Origin: an uncultured Patescibacteria group bacterium
GTDB taxonomy: Bacteria > Patescibacteriota > JACMRA01
Direction of reading: 5' to 3'
Assembly: GCA_938017575.1 (NCBI GenBank)
Contig: CALIJC010000004.1
Span: 1 to 50,888 of the forward strand
DNA: 50,888 nt
Shown here: in pieces, positions 8,418 through 17,509 of the stretch
Layout of the letters: each line of letters starts with the position of its first letter
How positions within the stretch are numbered: the stretch's first letter is position 1
Position numbers and translations under genes: made by a program
The notes under the pieces: generated by a model
Seen by the model: the letters and a program-made list of their open reading frames with translations, nothing else
What the model was told of the DNA's origin: nothing
Database searches by the model: none

Positions 8418-10020
8418 AGGCTTGGATAGCTAGAGTTTTTGATTCTTCTATTAATTGTTTAACTTCTTCGTTTGTGAATTTAAATAATTTTAAATTGTGA
8501 GATTGATTAAATATAGCCTTTTCGCAATAGTAGTCGGGGTTTTTATCAATTGCAGCTAAATCTTTTGGAATTTGAAGGTAATAGCAGTAGTGATTTTTCC
8601 CATCGGTTGATATACTATCTGTGACATTAGGCATATATTTATCCAAGTCTACATCAGTTAGTATACTGAAACCATAGTAAGTGTTGTTTTTATCAATTGC
8701 ATAGGGCTCGTATATTTCGTAAACATTACTATAATTCTCCGGATCTTTTTCTACTTTGTCTGGCCATTGTCTGAATATCTCAAAAGTATCTGGGTCAGCA
8801 CCATCTAATTGAAACCCTTGATACCAGACACTATCATTATCTTTAACATGGTTTTTGCTAATTGTTTCCAGGCTGTTTAAATCAACTCCAAATATCTCTC
8901 TCCCAAAATGAAAAACGCTTGAACCATCTGTCATTAGATGTCTGTTTTCTGTGTCAATAGCTTGGATATTTTGTGCAGTGCAATCATCTCTCATGAGCAA
9001 TCCAGAGTAGTAGCAATTATTATTATCACCATCATATGAAACATTGGGTCCAATAACAAAAGAATTTGGGTCTGCGTTTTCAAAAATATATTTATCCAAC
9101 CCTTCAAAACCAATTTCACCTTTTCGGTTCGCCCAGCTAGAGTACACAAAATTAATATCTTTTGCATAATATTTGTCTAATCTTTCTATAGTATTTGGAT
9201 CGCACCCTTCAATTGTCTCTACTGATTTAAATGATCTGAAATAACATTGATTCTCATCTGCAGCAAAATCGTCATTTATATTTCTAAATCCCGTGCCAAA
9301 TTGTGAAATACTACCGTCTGTATTAAAAACATTATCTTTATCTTTAACGAGGCTAGGTCTACCACCTATTAAACCGCCTTTTACGACCTCAAAAGTTTTT
9401 CCATCACAATTTTCAATTAGCCTAGTTCCCAGGTAGCATTTACCACCTACATTGAATAAATCATATAATTTCCATTCAAATTCTCCATCGCATTCAACTT
9501 TTTCTAGGTTGGAGGAGGTTGTTAGGAAACAATTTGAATCATCGTAAACCCAAGACCTCTCAACTCTAACTGAATTTAAATCCAATTCTGGAATTTTTGC
9601 GTCATTATAAAACACGTTTTTATCATCGCGGTATAGTACATTGTCTGTTCCCGAAGTGTTAATTATCTCTACTTCTTTTCGGTTAATTCCTTGAATTTGC
9701 TTGACTGTTTCAGGTCCAAGACGATAAAAGACATTGTAATTATCGGCGTATAACGTAGCTGTAGGTTGGTTGAGCACCTTAAAAGATTTATAATCTAAAT
9801 CAAAAGAGGGTGAAAACTGTCCATTTTGGAGCTTACATAAAACCCCATCGCCTTTTTGGTAAAACTGAAAATTGTATTTTCCTGGTGAGAGATTTATACC
9901 CTCACAGGAACTACTTACCTCTCCAATATTATAAATGAATGATCCAATTGCAAGTATCAAAATTCCGATTAATACTGAAATATTCAGGAAAAGAAGGTGT
10001 TGATTATTTTTTTTAGTCAT
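8401..10020 (-). CDS. N-terminally anchored extracytoplasmic protein with DKNYY-type repeats
   Basis: TM LLFLNISVLIGILILAIGSFIY is followed by recurring motifs DNYNVFY, DKNVFYND, DKDNVFNTD, DNDSVWY, DKNNTYYG and DGKNHYCYY, as in the Pfam DKNYY family. Confidence 0.7.
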   Translation of the reverse strand: MTKKNNQHLLFLNISVLIGILILAIGSFIYNIGEVSSSCEGINLSPGKYNFQFYQKGDGVLCKLQNGQFSPSFDLDYKSFKVLNQPTATLYADNYNVFYRLGPETVKQIQGINRKEVEIINTSGTDNVLYRDDKNVFYNDAKIPELDLNSVRVERSWVYDDSNCFLTTSSNLEKVECDGEFEWKLYDLFNVGGKCYLGTRLIENCDGKTFEVVKGGLIGGRPSLVKDKDNVFNTDGSISQFGTGFRNINDDFAADENQCYFRSFKSVETIEGCDPNTIERLDKYYAKDINFVYSSWANRKGEIGFEGLDKYIFENADPNSFVIGPNVSYDGDNNNCYYSGLLMRDDCTAQNIQAIDTENRHLMTDGSSVFHFGREIFGVDLNSLETISKNHVKDNDSVWYQGFQLDGADPDTFEIFRQWPDKVEKDPENYSNVYEIYEPYAIDKNNTYYGFSILTDVDLDKYMPNVTDSISTDGKNHYCYYLQIPKDLAAIDKNPDYYCEKAIFNQSHNLKLFKFTNEEVKQLIEESKTLAIQAYEDQK

Positions 10021-10028
10021 AAAATTTA

Positions 10029-10859
10029 TTAAATTTCTACATTCTCTTTATAATTTTTAGGGAATTTTTTTAATATTTGTGAGAACTGTTTGTTGGTGCT
10101 TTCTAATTCGATTTCAAATTTTATTTCATTTTTCCAGTACCTAGACCATCTAGAATCTCCCATCTTTAGGATTGAAGTGATCCTCCCATTGATATTATTA
10201 TCTATTGTTGGTTTGAGTCTCATTTCCATGCTTTCGATTTTTTCGACAGGACCATCGTTAAATAGCATTGTGTCAAAAGCTAATTCTCTGTTTTTTCTAG
10301 AATTCTCTATAGTATAGACTATTTCATTGCTAGTTATATCATAAAATTTAAACTCTCCTTCTTGAAACACTTCATCAAAAAAATTAATTTTATCAAATCT
10401 GTCTTCGTAAGATGTTGGACTAAGATTATATCCTGATAGCCTAAACCAGCAATCTTTTTCTTGTCCACATTTTTCTTGGTGTGAGTCTGATTTTATTGTG
10501 TCTTGTTCGTGGTTAATATTGGCCACAGTTACATAATTATTTCTAATTATCTCTGATTCATTCCTCCATTTGTAATCAGTAGGTCCAGTATTGCCAAAAT
10601 TATATAAATCTGTTTTCAGGTAGTAGTTGTTTTTATTTTTTATCAATTTATTCGACAAGGTCCTAGCATATCTTTCTTGGTCGGAGTCTTTGTAATTGTT
10701 TGTTTTGATATTTATATTTGACTTAAAATCCTCGTTTTCTGAAGTATAATCGTTAAAAATTTGGTTAATTTTGCGATGCTGGTAATAAGTAAAAAGACTG
10801 CTAATCATTATTAGTATCACAAAAATACTTGATATAATTTTCAGCTTCTTGATGGTCAT
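10029..10859 (-). CDS. N-terminally anchored protein, unknown function
   Basis: Single N-terminal TM (IISSIFVILIMISSLFTYY). Lies 8 nt from the downstream gene. Confidence 0.65.
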   Translation of the reverse strand: MTIKKLKIISSIFVILIMISSLFTYYQHRKINQIFNDYTSENEDFKSNINIKTNNYKDSDQERYARTLSNKLIKNKNNYYLKTDLYNFGNTGPTDYKWRNESEIIRNNYVTVANINHEQDTIKSDSHQEKCGQEKDCWFRLSGYNLSPTSYEDRFDKINFFDEVFQEGEFKFYDITSNEIVYTIENSRKNRELAFDTMLFNDGPVEKIESMEMRLKPTIDNNINGRITSILKMGDSRWSRYWKNEIKFEIELESTNKQFSQILKKFPKNYKENVEI

Positions 10860-10927
10860 AGTTGCTTATTTGGGTGTTATTTGGAATGATAGTAAAAAAC
10901 CTAGATATTGTCTACAAGCTATTAAAT

Positions 10928-11800
10928 TTATTGATTTAAACACTCTTTTGCAGTTTTAAACTTACAACTTTCTAAACTAGGGATTATATATTCTCTAATT
11001 ATACTGATTTCACCATATAAATCTCTATAGCTTTTTGAAAGCTCTCCAGGAGAGGCTGAATATAGCTGACCGTGCACACTTTTAAAAAAAACCTGCCTTC
11101 TTTCATAGGATTGTTCTAACTCTTGATATGCATTTTCAATTGGAGTAATATAATTGATATATAATTGTATAACTTCTTCTGGAGAGGCGTCATTTTCAAC
11201 TTTTTCTGCTATATTTCGTTTTATTGTTTTTGAATCAATTTGTGATGTAGTATTTGTTATATTCATGACGCATTCTTGATTTTCCAAATCCGATAAGGAT
11301 GCTAAAATGCAGTAATCTTCTTTTCCTGGAAAGTCAGAGGCCAGGTTGTGTTTTTTTGCTAACAGAGCTACCTCATTATATTCTAAATTTTTAATTATTG
11401 TGAAGTTTGGTATTGTTTCAGTTGAGATTGTAAAACCATCTCTATTTGAACCGTAGGTTGCAACAACTATACCACCATCAATATCACCAAAATAGTCTGA
11501 TATATCTAATATCAACTGGAAAACTATTTTATTATGATTTATGCTATTTACCCTAACTATTTCATATTTTACATCTTTAATTATTTGAGGTCTTTCTTCT
11601 AGAAGCTCGAACTCTGCATAAGAATTTATAAATGAAACTTTTGACATAATATTATTCTGGTAATCATATAAATAATATGGCAACAGCAGATACCCAAATG
11701 CAAATAGGGTAATTATACAAAAACTGCTTATGAGTTTTATTTTGTGTCTAAGTAGCTTATTAAATCTATCCTTAATTAGTTTGTTCACTGGAGTATTCAT
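10928..11800 (-). CDS. N-terminally anchored protein, unknown function
   Basis: Single N-terminal TM (LISSFCIITLFAFGYLLLPYYL). Member of the operon. Confidence 0.65.
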   Translation of the reverse strand: MNTPVNKLIKDRFNKLLRHKIKLISSFCIITLFAFGYLLLPYYLYDYQNNIMSKVSFINSYAEFELLEERPQIIKDVKYEIVRVNSINHNKIVFQLILDISDYFGDIDGGIVVATYGSNRDGFTISTETIPNFTIIKNLEYNEVALLAKKHNLASDFPGKEDYCILASLSDLENQECVMNITNTTSQIDSKTIKRNIAEKVENDASPEEVIQLYINYITPIENAYQELEQSYERRQVFFKSVHGQLYSASPGELSKSYRDLYGEISIIREYIIPSLESCKFKTAKECLNQ

Positions 11801-11821
11801 ATTATTGAAATATTGGGGGTG

Positions 11822-12841
11822 TTACATTTTTTGATTGGTAGAACTGATTATTTTATTGTATATATCTTTAAATTCTTCAATATCAGCTTCTAAATCACTG
11901 GCTCCATTATCAAAACTAAAATAATATTTATCAAAGGCAATTACTCTAAGAGGACTATTTGGGGTATTTAGTGTTTCTAGGGCTGTTTCTGCTTGGGCTA
12001 AATACTCGGGGAATTGTTCTATATAGTCTTCTTTAGTTGGACCTTCATTATTCAAAAATGACCCTGGAGATAGGTCGGTAGAAATCTTACTAAAAGTATC
12101 AATTTCAGATTTTAATTGAACAAAGTTATATGACCTTAATTCTCCAATATCATTAAGATAAAACATTTCTAATTCATCATAGTTGGTAATTTTGCTGATT
12201 TTTTCAATTTTTTGTTGACTATTTACTATTGCATCTTTGTAAAACTGAATATTATTTTGGCTAGTTGTTTTTAATTGATTTTGAATATAGTTTAATTCGT
12301 CACACTCTGCTACCAAAGCAAATTCCTTTGTATTCATGCTTTGAGTGGTTTCTAAATCTGTGACAACCATGGTGTTATATAATGATAAGTAGGGCTGTAC
12401 ACTGTCTGTTTCCGTTGCTTGTCCTACACCTGCAAAAGCCGATGAAACTGCAAATGCGGCAGATTCTAAATTAACCCTCCTGTCTTCTCCAAATAAGCTT
12501 TTTTTATTTCCATTTTCAAAAACATTAAAGTAAATACCAAATATACCCGTTTCTATACCATTGGTGAGTAATTCATTTTCACTGCTAATTTCATAAATTC
12601 CTGGTTTTGGAGGTGGACAGGTGAAATTGTTTATTGATTCATAGGTTTCGGTTTGGAGGGTTTTTGAGTCTGATTGACTTGCTTTATTGATTGTTAATGA
12701 ACTGCTTGTTGTTGATTCTTCTTTGTTGTTTTTTAGAAATATGATAGAGCCAGCAATTATTATTGCCAAGACGGGAATAGCTATAATTAGATAAATATAT
12801 TTATTGTAAACTGCTGAATTTTTTTTATGTGATTTTGTCAT
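11822..12841 (-). CDS. N-terminally anchored protein sharing a C-terminal module with 12847..14400
   Basis: N-terminal TM (YLIIAIPVLAIIIAGSIIFL). The C-terminal ALETLNTPNSPLRVIAFDKYYFSFD aligns with GKETLNQLNIDSTIKVFVYDNYYGGD of its neighbour. Confidence 0.65.
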   Translation of the reverse strand: MTKSHKKNSAVYNKYIYLIIAIPVLAIIIAGSIIFLKNNKEESTTSSSLTINKASQSDSKTLQTETYESINNFTCPPPKPGIYEISSENELLTNGIETGIFGIYFNVFENGNKKSLFGEDRRVNLESAAFAVSSAFAGVGQATETDSVQPYLSLYNTMVVTDLETTQSMNTKEFALVAECDELNYIQNQLKTTSQNNIQFYKDAIVNSQQKIEKISKITNYDELEMFYLNDIGELRSYNFVQLKSEIDTFSKISTDLSPGSFLNNEGPTKEDYIEQFPEYLAQAETALETLNTPNSPLRVIAFDKYYFSFDNGASDLEADIEEFKDIYNKIISSTNQKM

Positions 12842-12846
12842 AATAC

Positions 12847-14400
12847 TTAATTGTCTAATATTAATTTTTCTGTATTCTCATACTTTAATTGATAGTATTC
12901 ATCCTGAATATTTTGGAATTGTTCTGTCAAAAGTTCTTTGTCATAAATTGAATCACCACCATAATAATTATCATAAACAAACACTTTAATAGTGGAATCT
13001 ATATTTAGCTGGTTAAGCGTTTCTTTTCCATCAGCAGTGGCTTGTTTTAATAATTCTAAATATTCTTCTTTGCTTCCATTTTCTTTCAAGTTTTCATACT
13101 CACTTTCAAAAGCTGTTTTTACATTAGGACTATTTACGCTTCTCAGTAATTTATATCTTTCTTGTCTAATTTCGTATGGGTTTATTTTGGGCAGGTTGGT
13201 TTCATATTCTCTAAAATCTTCATATAGTTTATATAGATCCTGTGAATCTTCAAAATGAATTTGTAAATCCTGGGGGTATTCATAAAACGTACCTCTAAAT
13301 TCTATATTCTCTTCTAACTCTCTAAAACGTATAGCTAAATTATTGAATTCTCCTATCTCTCGGTCAAAGAAACCCAGTTGGTTTGCATAATTTTTTTGTC
13401 GAATCTCTTTTTCTTCAATGATGAACTCTTGACTATCAGATCTTATTTTTTGTTCTTTCCACATCTTTCTGGTTTCTTTTGGACTGATAAAACTTGAATT
13501 CTTTAGGGTTTCACAGTCAAGTACTTGGGCGTATCGATCATCATTATATATTTCAGAGCTCATTAAATCTGTGGATGAGGCAATCCCATATTGTAAAAAC
13601 CATGAACTTTGCCCATCATAGCTAACAGTAGGGTTTTGAGCATCTAGATTATCTATTGAATACCATTGTAGACTGAATCCAAAAAATGGAACACCAAGAA
13701 TTTGAAAGACTTTCATGCTTTGTTTGTTTTGGTTGCAAACGAAAATAGGTAATTCTAGAATATTTTTCCTATAATCAATTGTGAAACTACCAACTTTAGT
13801 TTCTTCTGTTGGTAAATAATCTATACTTTCTCTATAATCTAGAATTAGATTATTAATATCATCATTATCAATTGGCTTTTTAATTTGATTAATTTTTTGG
13901 AAAGGTGATAAGGGTATTATTTTCCCTGCCAAAGTTCGATTTGATAAACTATAATAGTCTGTGCTTTCGATAAGGAAACCTTTTTTGATTTCATTGCAGT
14001 CTATATTTTCATATAAATTTCTTAGGAGATTGCTATCATAACCACCAGTTTGAAAACCAGTTGTTGTGATTTTTCTATTAAATTGGACATTGTGGTAATA
14101 CACAATACCGCCGCTATTGCCTATATTGTATGTTACAACTTCGTAATTAAATGGGTTTATATTATTTTCTTTACATAAAATTGGCTGATAATCAGTGTAG
14201 CTTTTGGAAATTGAGTCAATATATGGGTATTTATTTTGTAGAAGGGTGAGAGCTTCTTTTTCTAGTTTGTCCTGACTTTTATTGAAATTTTGATATACAA
14301 AATAGAAAGTTGCAGAAATAGAAAAAATGATTACTAAAATAATTGATAGTTTTGTATAGCCAGCTTTAGTAAACTTTTTTCTATTTTGTTTTATAACCAT
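12847..14400 (-). CDS. N-terminally anchored protein, 517 aa, first gene of the operon
   Basis: N-terminal TM (LSIILVIIFSISATFYFVY). Lies 5 nt from the next gene. Confidence 0.65.
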   Translation of the reverse strand: MVIKQNRKKFTKAGYTKLSIILVIIFSISATFYFVYQNFNKSQDKLEKEALTLLQNKYPYIDSISKSYTDYQPILCKENNINPFNYEVVTYNIGNSGGIVYYHNVQFNRKITTTGFQTGGYDSNLLRNLYENIDCNEIKKGFLIESTDYYSLSNRTLAGKIIPLSPFQKINQIKKPIDNDDINNLILDYRESIDYLPTEETKVGSFTIDYRKNILELPIFVCNQNKQSMKVFQILGVPFFGFSLQWYSIDNLDAQNPTVSYDGQSSWFLQYGIASSTDLMSSEIYNDDRYAQVLDCETLKNSSFISPKETRKMWKEQKIRSDSQEFIIEEKEIRQKNYANQLGFFDREIGEFNNLAIRFRELEENIEFRGTFYEYPQDLQIHFEDSQDLYKLYEDFREYETNLPKINPYEIRQERYKLLRSVNSPNVKTAFESEYENLKENGSKEEYLELLKQATADGKETLNQLNIDSTIKVFVYDNYYGGDSIYDKELLTEQFQNIQDEYYQLKYENTEKLILDN

Positions 14401-14455
14401 ATAAGAGGTTTGGGAATTGGATAATTTAACGGTACGATTTAATTAATATTTGGTC

Positions 14456-14479
14456 AAAAAAAAGAGAGCTGAGCTCTCT
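14456..14479 (-). terminator. Rho-independent terminator of 14502..15377
   Basis: On the minus strand, a 7-bp stem AGAGAGC / GCTCTCT with loop TCA followed by a T8 run. Resembles 6233..6257. Confidence 0.7.
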
Positions 14480-14501
14480 GAATTGTTGGTATTTTTAGAA
14501 A

Positions 14502-15377
14502 TTACCTCTTCTTCTGGGCTTTTCTGAAAATCATAAAACCACTGATTCCTACTAAACCGAGAAGATAAGGTATGAAAGATTTATTACTGCCTTCTTTGCC
14601 TCCAGTTCGAACTAAAGATCCTTGGATGGCTTGGCCGTTCTCACTGACATTGTAACCTGAATATGCCCCTTGGAAACTATTTGGTGTTAATTCTAAACTA
14701 TACCTAAACCCGCTTGCAAAATCAATTACAGCTCCATTTTCACCAGCATCATTATTGAAAATATAGTTTGGATTTGTTGAGCAAAGTCCAGAACCTGATT
14801 CCACAAGTGCTAATGAAGTAACTGGGAGAGTAGGGATTGTGTACAAATTAGAACCAGAACTATCTTCACTAACTACTGTACCGTTAATACAAATTGATCC
14901 GTTAGTTATATTGGATAAACCAACCAACTGAAAAAGCCTGATAACTGGGCCACCGGCCTCGGTTGTTGCAGAAGTTATTTTTAAATTATCTGGCACTGTA
15001 TTGAAACCTGATAATACAGGGCTACCAGAGAAAACATAGCTGTAACCTGCATCAGCAACTAGGCGATCTATTTCTGCATTTTGGTTTACTAAATAGTTAC
15101 ACGGTAAATTAATATCTCCATCAAAAATAAAACTGAGTTCATTTACACTAGAAGTAAGAGGAGCGGTTTGGGTTTCTCCTCCATTTACTACAAAAAGTGG
15201 GGAATTATTTGTACAAACCAAAATTCTTGGAGCTCCTCCATTAATAGCATTTGCCTCCATATCGTTGGTAACTGATATACTGTTTGCAGTTTGCGCGTTA
15301 GTATTTATAAAAGAAGTGAACAGGCTAGAAACCATAACCAAAGAGGCTATGATTGGAAATACTTTTTTAGAATTCAT
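14502..15377 (-). CDS. Secreted surface protein with an LPXTG-like C-terminal sorting signal
   Basis: Signal peptide MNSKKVFPIIASLVMVSSLFTSFINTNAQT. The C-terminus is SLVRTGG-KEGSNKS-FIPYLLGLVGISGFMIF-RKAQKKR, i.e. motif, hydrophobic span, basic tail. Confidence 0.65.
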   Translation of the reverse strand: MNSKKVFPIIASLVMVSSLFTSFINTNAQTANSISVTNDMEANAINGGAPRILVCTNNSPLFVVNGGETQTAPLTSSVNELSFIFDGDINLPCNYLVNQNAEIDRLVADAGYSYVFSGSPVLSGFNTVPDNLKITSATTEAGGPVIRLFQLVGLSNITNGSICINGTVVSEDSSGSNLYTIPTLPVTSLALVESGSGLCSTNPNYIFNNDAGENGAVIDFASGFRYSLELTPNSFQGAYSGYNVSENGQAIQGSLVRTGGKEGSNKSFIPYLLGLVGISGFMIFRKAQKKR

Positions 15378-15420
15378 AATAGTCTAATTAAAAATAATAT
15401 TCACCTCAGTTTCAAATTGT

Positions 15421-15458
15421 TTATTAAATAAAACAGCCCAAGTATAGAACTTGGGCTG
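15421..15458 (-). terminator. Rho-independent terminator of 15486..16535
   Basis: Perfect 10-bp stem CAGCCCAAGT / ACTTGGGCTG with a 5-nt loop. On the minus strand it is followed by TTTTATTT. Confidence 0.7.
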
Positions 15459-15485
15459 AGGACAAATTTTGATTATTACCACTAT

Positions 15486-16535
15486 TTAGAAGTAGCTGAT
15501 TAAATTTTCTAGTCCAAAACTCACTTGAGAGTATGATATCCTCTCAATACTTAGATTGGATAACTGATCTCTGAGTGCTTTTATATAAACCTCCTGTGAA
15601 TTGTTTTTGGAATACAAAATTCTGGTATTGTACACAAGTTGAAGCAAGTTATCTAATGGTTGAATATTTTTTACTAGTAAATACCTTTCTCTCCCAAGGG
15701 AGGTTTGGTTGTAAAAACCTTCGTTTTTAAGATAAATAATAGTGTTAGTTATTGCAATTAATAGAAAAAAACCAGCCCTGTTAACATAATCACACTTATT
15801 TTCATAAGATAAGTATACCGACCATTGTTTTTCAAATTTCCAGTTGTTTGCTATTGAAGCTCCCAAAATGATATTTCTATCTTCATTTGTGAACTGCCTG
15901 GAATTATTGGTCTCAAATGAACCTTTACTTACAGCCATTTCGAAATAACTATTTACTTCTTCCAGGATGTAGTTAATCTCTAGGTTTTTTTCTTGGATCA
16001 GCAATAGAAATTTGTTAAGAATATCAAGATTCTTGCTTAATAAAATCTTTTCTTCTGCTGACATTAACTCCAAGACTTCAAGAGAAACCTCAAAACCTAA
16101 TTGACTTATCGGATCAGAATTATTTTGTATGTTTTCTGGATACTCATCTGATAGAACAATGTTGTAGACTAATTGACTTGCTACATAATTATTCAAGTAT
16201 ACCTCAAAACTACTATATTCATAAGATAATCCAATATAGAATTTTAAATAGATTCCTTTCAGATGACAATTGAATGTTATTTTCCCAGATCGCTTTTTTG
16301 TTGGTTTTACCATCTTTTTATTAGAGTGCGTTGAACTATCTAAATTGCTGATTTTTTGCTTCTCCGTGATACAACAATTTACTTGGCCAACCTCAACCCC
16401 AGCCAAAGAGAATTGATACAGGATATCATCTGGCCAAGAATTCTCAAGATAGTATTGTACTTTTACCGGTTTAATACTATTTACAATTTTTGCAATTTTT
16501 TTAGTATTGTCTGAACCAATTTTGGTTGATTGCAT
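15486..16535 (-). CDS. Hypothetical cytoplasmic protein, about 349 aa
   Basis: The track ORF extends to 16592. ATG 16535 is preceded by GAGGAACACCTC, so it is preferred. No TM segment or signal peptide. Confidence 0.6.
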   Translation of the reverse strand: MQSTKIGSDNTKKIAKIVNSIKPVKVQYYLENSWPDDILYQFSLAGVEVGQVNCCITEKQKISNLDSSTHSNKKMVKPTKKRSGKITFNCHLKGIYLKFYIGLSYEYSSFEVYLNNYVASQLVYNIVLSDEYPENIQNNSDPISQLGFEVSLEVLELMSAEEKILLSKNLDILNKFLLLIQEKNLEINYILEEVNSYFEMAVSKGSFETNNSRQFTNEDRNIILGASIANNWKFEKQWSVYLSYENKCDYVNRAGFFLLIAITNTIIYLKNEGFYNQTSLGRERYLLVKNIQPLDNLLQLVYNTRILYSKNNSQEVYIKALRDQLSNLSIERISYSQVSFGLENLISYF

Positions 16536-16690
16536 GAGGTGTTCCTCTAGATTGTACGCTAATATAATAGCATAGTAAATGACTAATGTCAACTTATAGA
16601 AAAGGTTGCTGATTTGTGAAAAACTCTGTGTTTTGACAATAAACTGTTATAAGTGTAATCTGTTACAAATTTGATAAGGAAATTTGCATA

Positions 16691-16825
16691 GTGAGAAATT
16701 TTAAGAGAACTAGAATTAATCTAGAGACCATTTCAATTATTATCGACAGGACATTCTGTGTAATTCTTGGGCTAATTTTTCTGGGAGGTTTATCATCTCT
16801 GGGATACCTGATATTATATTTGTAG
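16691..16825 (+). CDS. Possible 44-aa small hydrophobic protein (below the track cutoff)
   Basis: GTG is preceded by AAGGAAA 8 nt upstream. The product is VRNFKRTRINLETISIIIDRTFCVILGLIFLGGLSSLGYLILYL, a basic N-terminus plus one TM. TTGACA-N17-TAATCT lies upstream at about 16634. Confidence 0.25.
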   Translation: MRNFKRTRINLETISIIIDRTFCVILGLIFLGGLSSLGYLILYL

Positions 16826-16893
16826 TTAGGGTGTTTGATTTGACATTCATGATTTTGTGAGCTATATGTTATTTATTCAGTTGGGGAGAAACT

Positions 16894-17394
16894 ATGGATT
16901 CATTAACTGCTACAATTAAGAAACCAGTTTCATTAGATGTATGGTATAGTCGTAATTTTAGCTACCAAGGAGTAAATAAAAGCACATATTTTAATACGAT
17001 AACTATTATTAGAAATATTATTCCAGCTCAGCTATATATGGAGAGACTAATACCACATATTGAATTGGGCGACATTATAAATGTTGTCGGTTCGAATTTG
17101 GTTGGAACCACCTTTTTTCCAATTGTTGATTTAGTAATCAATGATAAAATAAATTTATATCTAAAGTTTGATGGCAAACTCTGGCATGTGATTGTCTTTA
17201 GCGGAGTTGAATTATTAGTGGCAGATAGGCTTACTTTTAGTATCAACCAAGACCTGGACGATCTTTTTTTCAAAGGGTTTGATTCGATGATATATTGTGG
17301 TAACTACTGCGATTCAAAGAAATTTTTTGGCTTTAGAGCAGAGCTAGAACATCTTATGGAGTTTTTGTCATTGATAAGGCCCTCTAGGAGATAA
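16894..17394 (+). CDS. Hypothetical protein, 166 aa
   Basis: ATG preceded by GGGGAG. Terminator at 17421..17450. Confidence 0.6.
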   Translation: MDSLTATIKKPVSLDVWYSRNFSYQGVNKSTYFNTITIIRNIIPAQLYMERLIPHIELGDIINVVGSNLVGTTFFPIVDLVINDKINLYLKFDGKLWHVIVFSGVELLVADRLTFSINQDLDDLFFKGFDSMIYCGNYCDSKKFFGFRAELEHLMEFLSLIRPSRR

Positions 17395-17420
17395 AAATAG
17401 GTTTTCCCTAAACATAACCA

Positions 17421-17450
17421 AAGCGCTTGGTGTTAACTAGGTGCTTTTTT
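17421..17450 (+). terminator. Rho-independent terminator
   Basis: Stem AAGCGC / GTGCTT (one G-U pair), 14-nt loop, then a T6 run. It overlaps the track start of the gnd ORF, arguing for the later start. Confidence 0.5.
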
Positions 17451-17509
17451 GTTGGGTTTTTATTGTAAATGTTGACATTTTTTTTCTTGCGGTAGTAGTA
17501 TTGTTATAT

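Noticed and set aside
17441-17509. N-terminal extension of gnd given by the track (GTG 17441)
   Set aside because: The extension overlaps the upstream terminator hairpin and T-run and adds a hydrophobic peptide absent from 6PGDH. ATG 17510 gives the canonical N-terminus.
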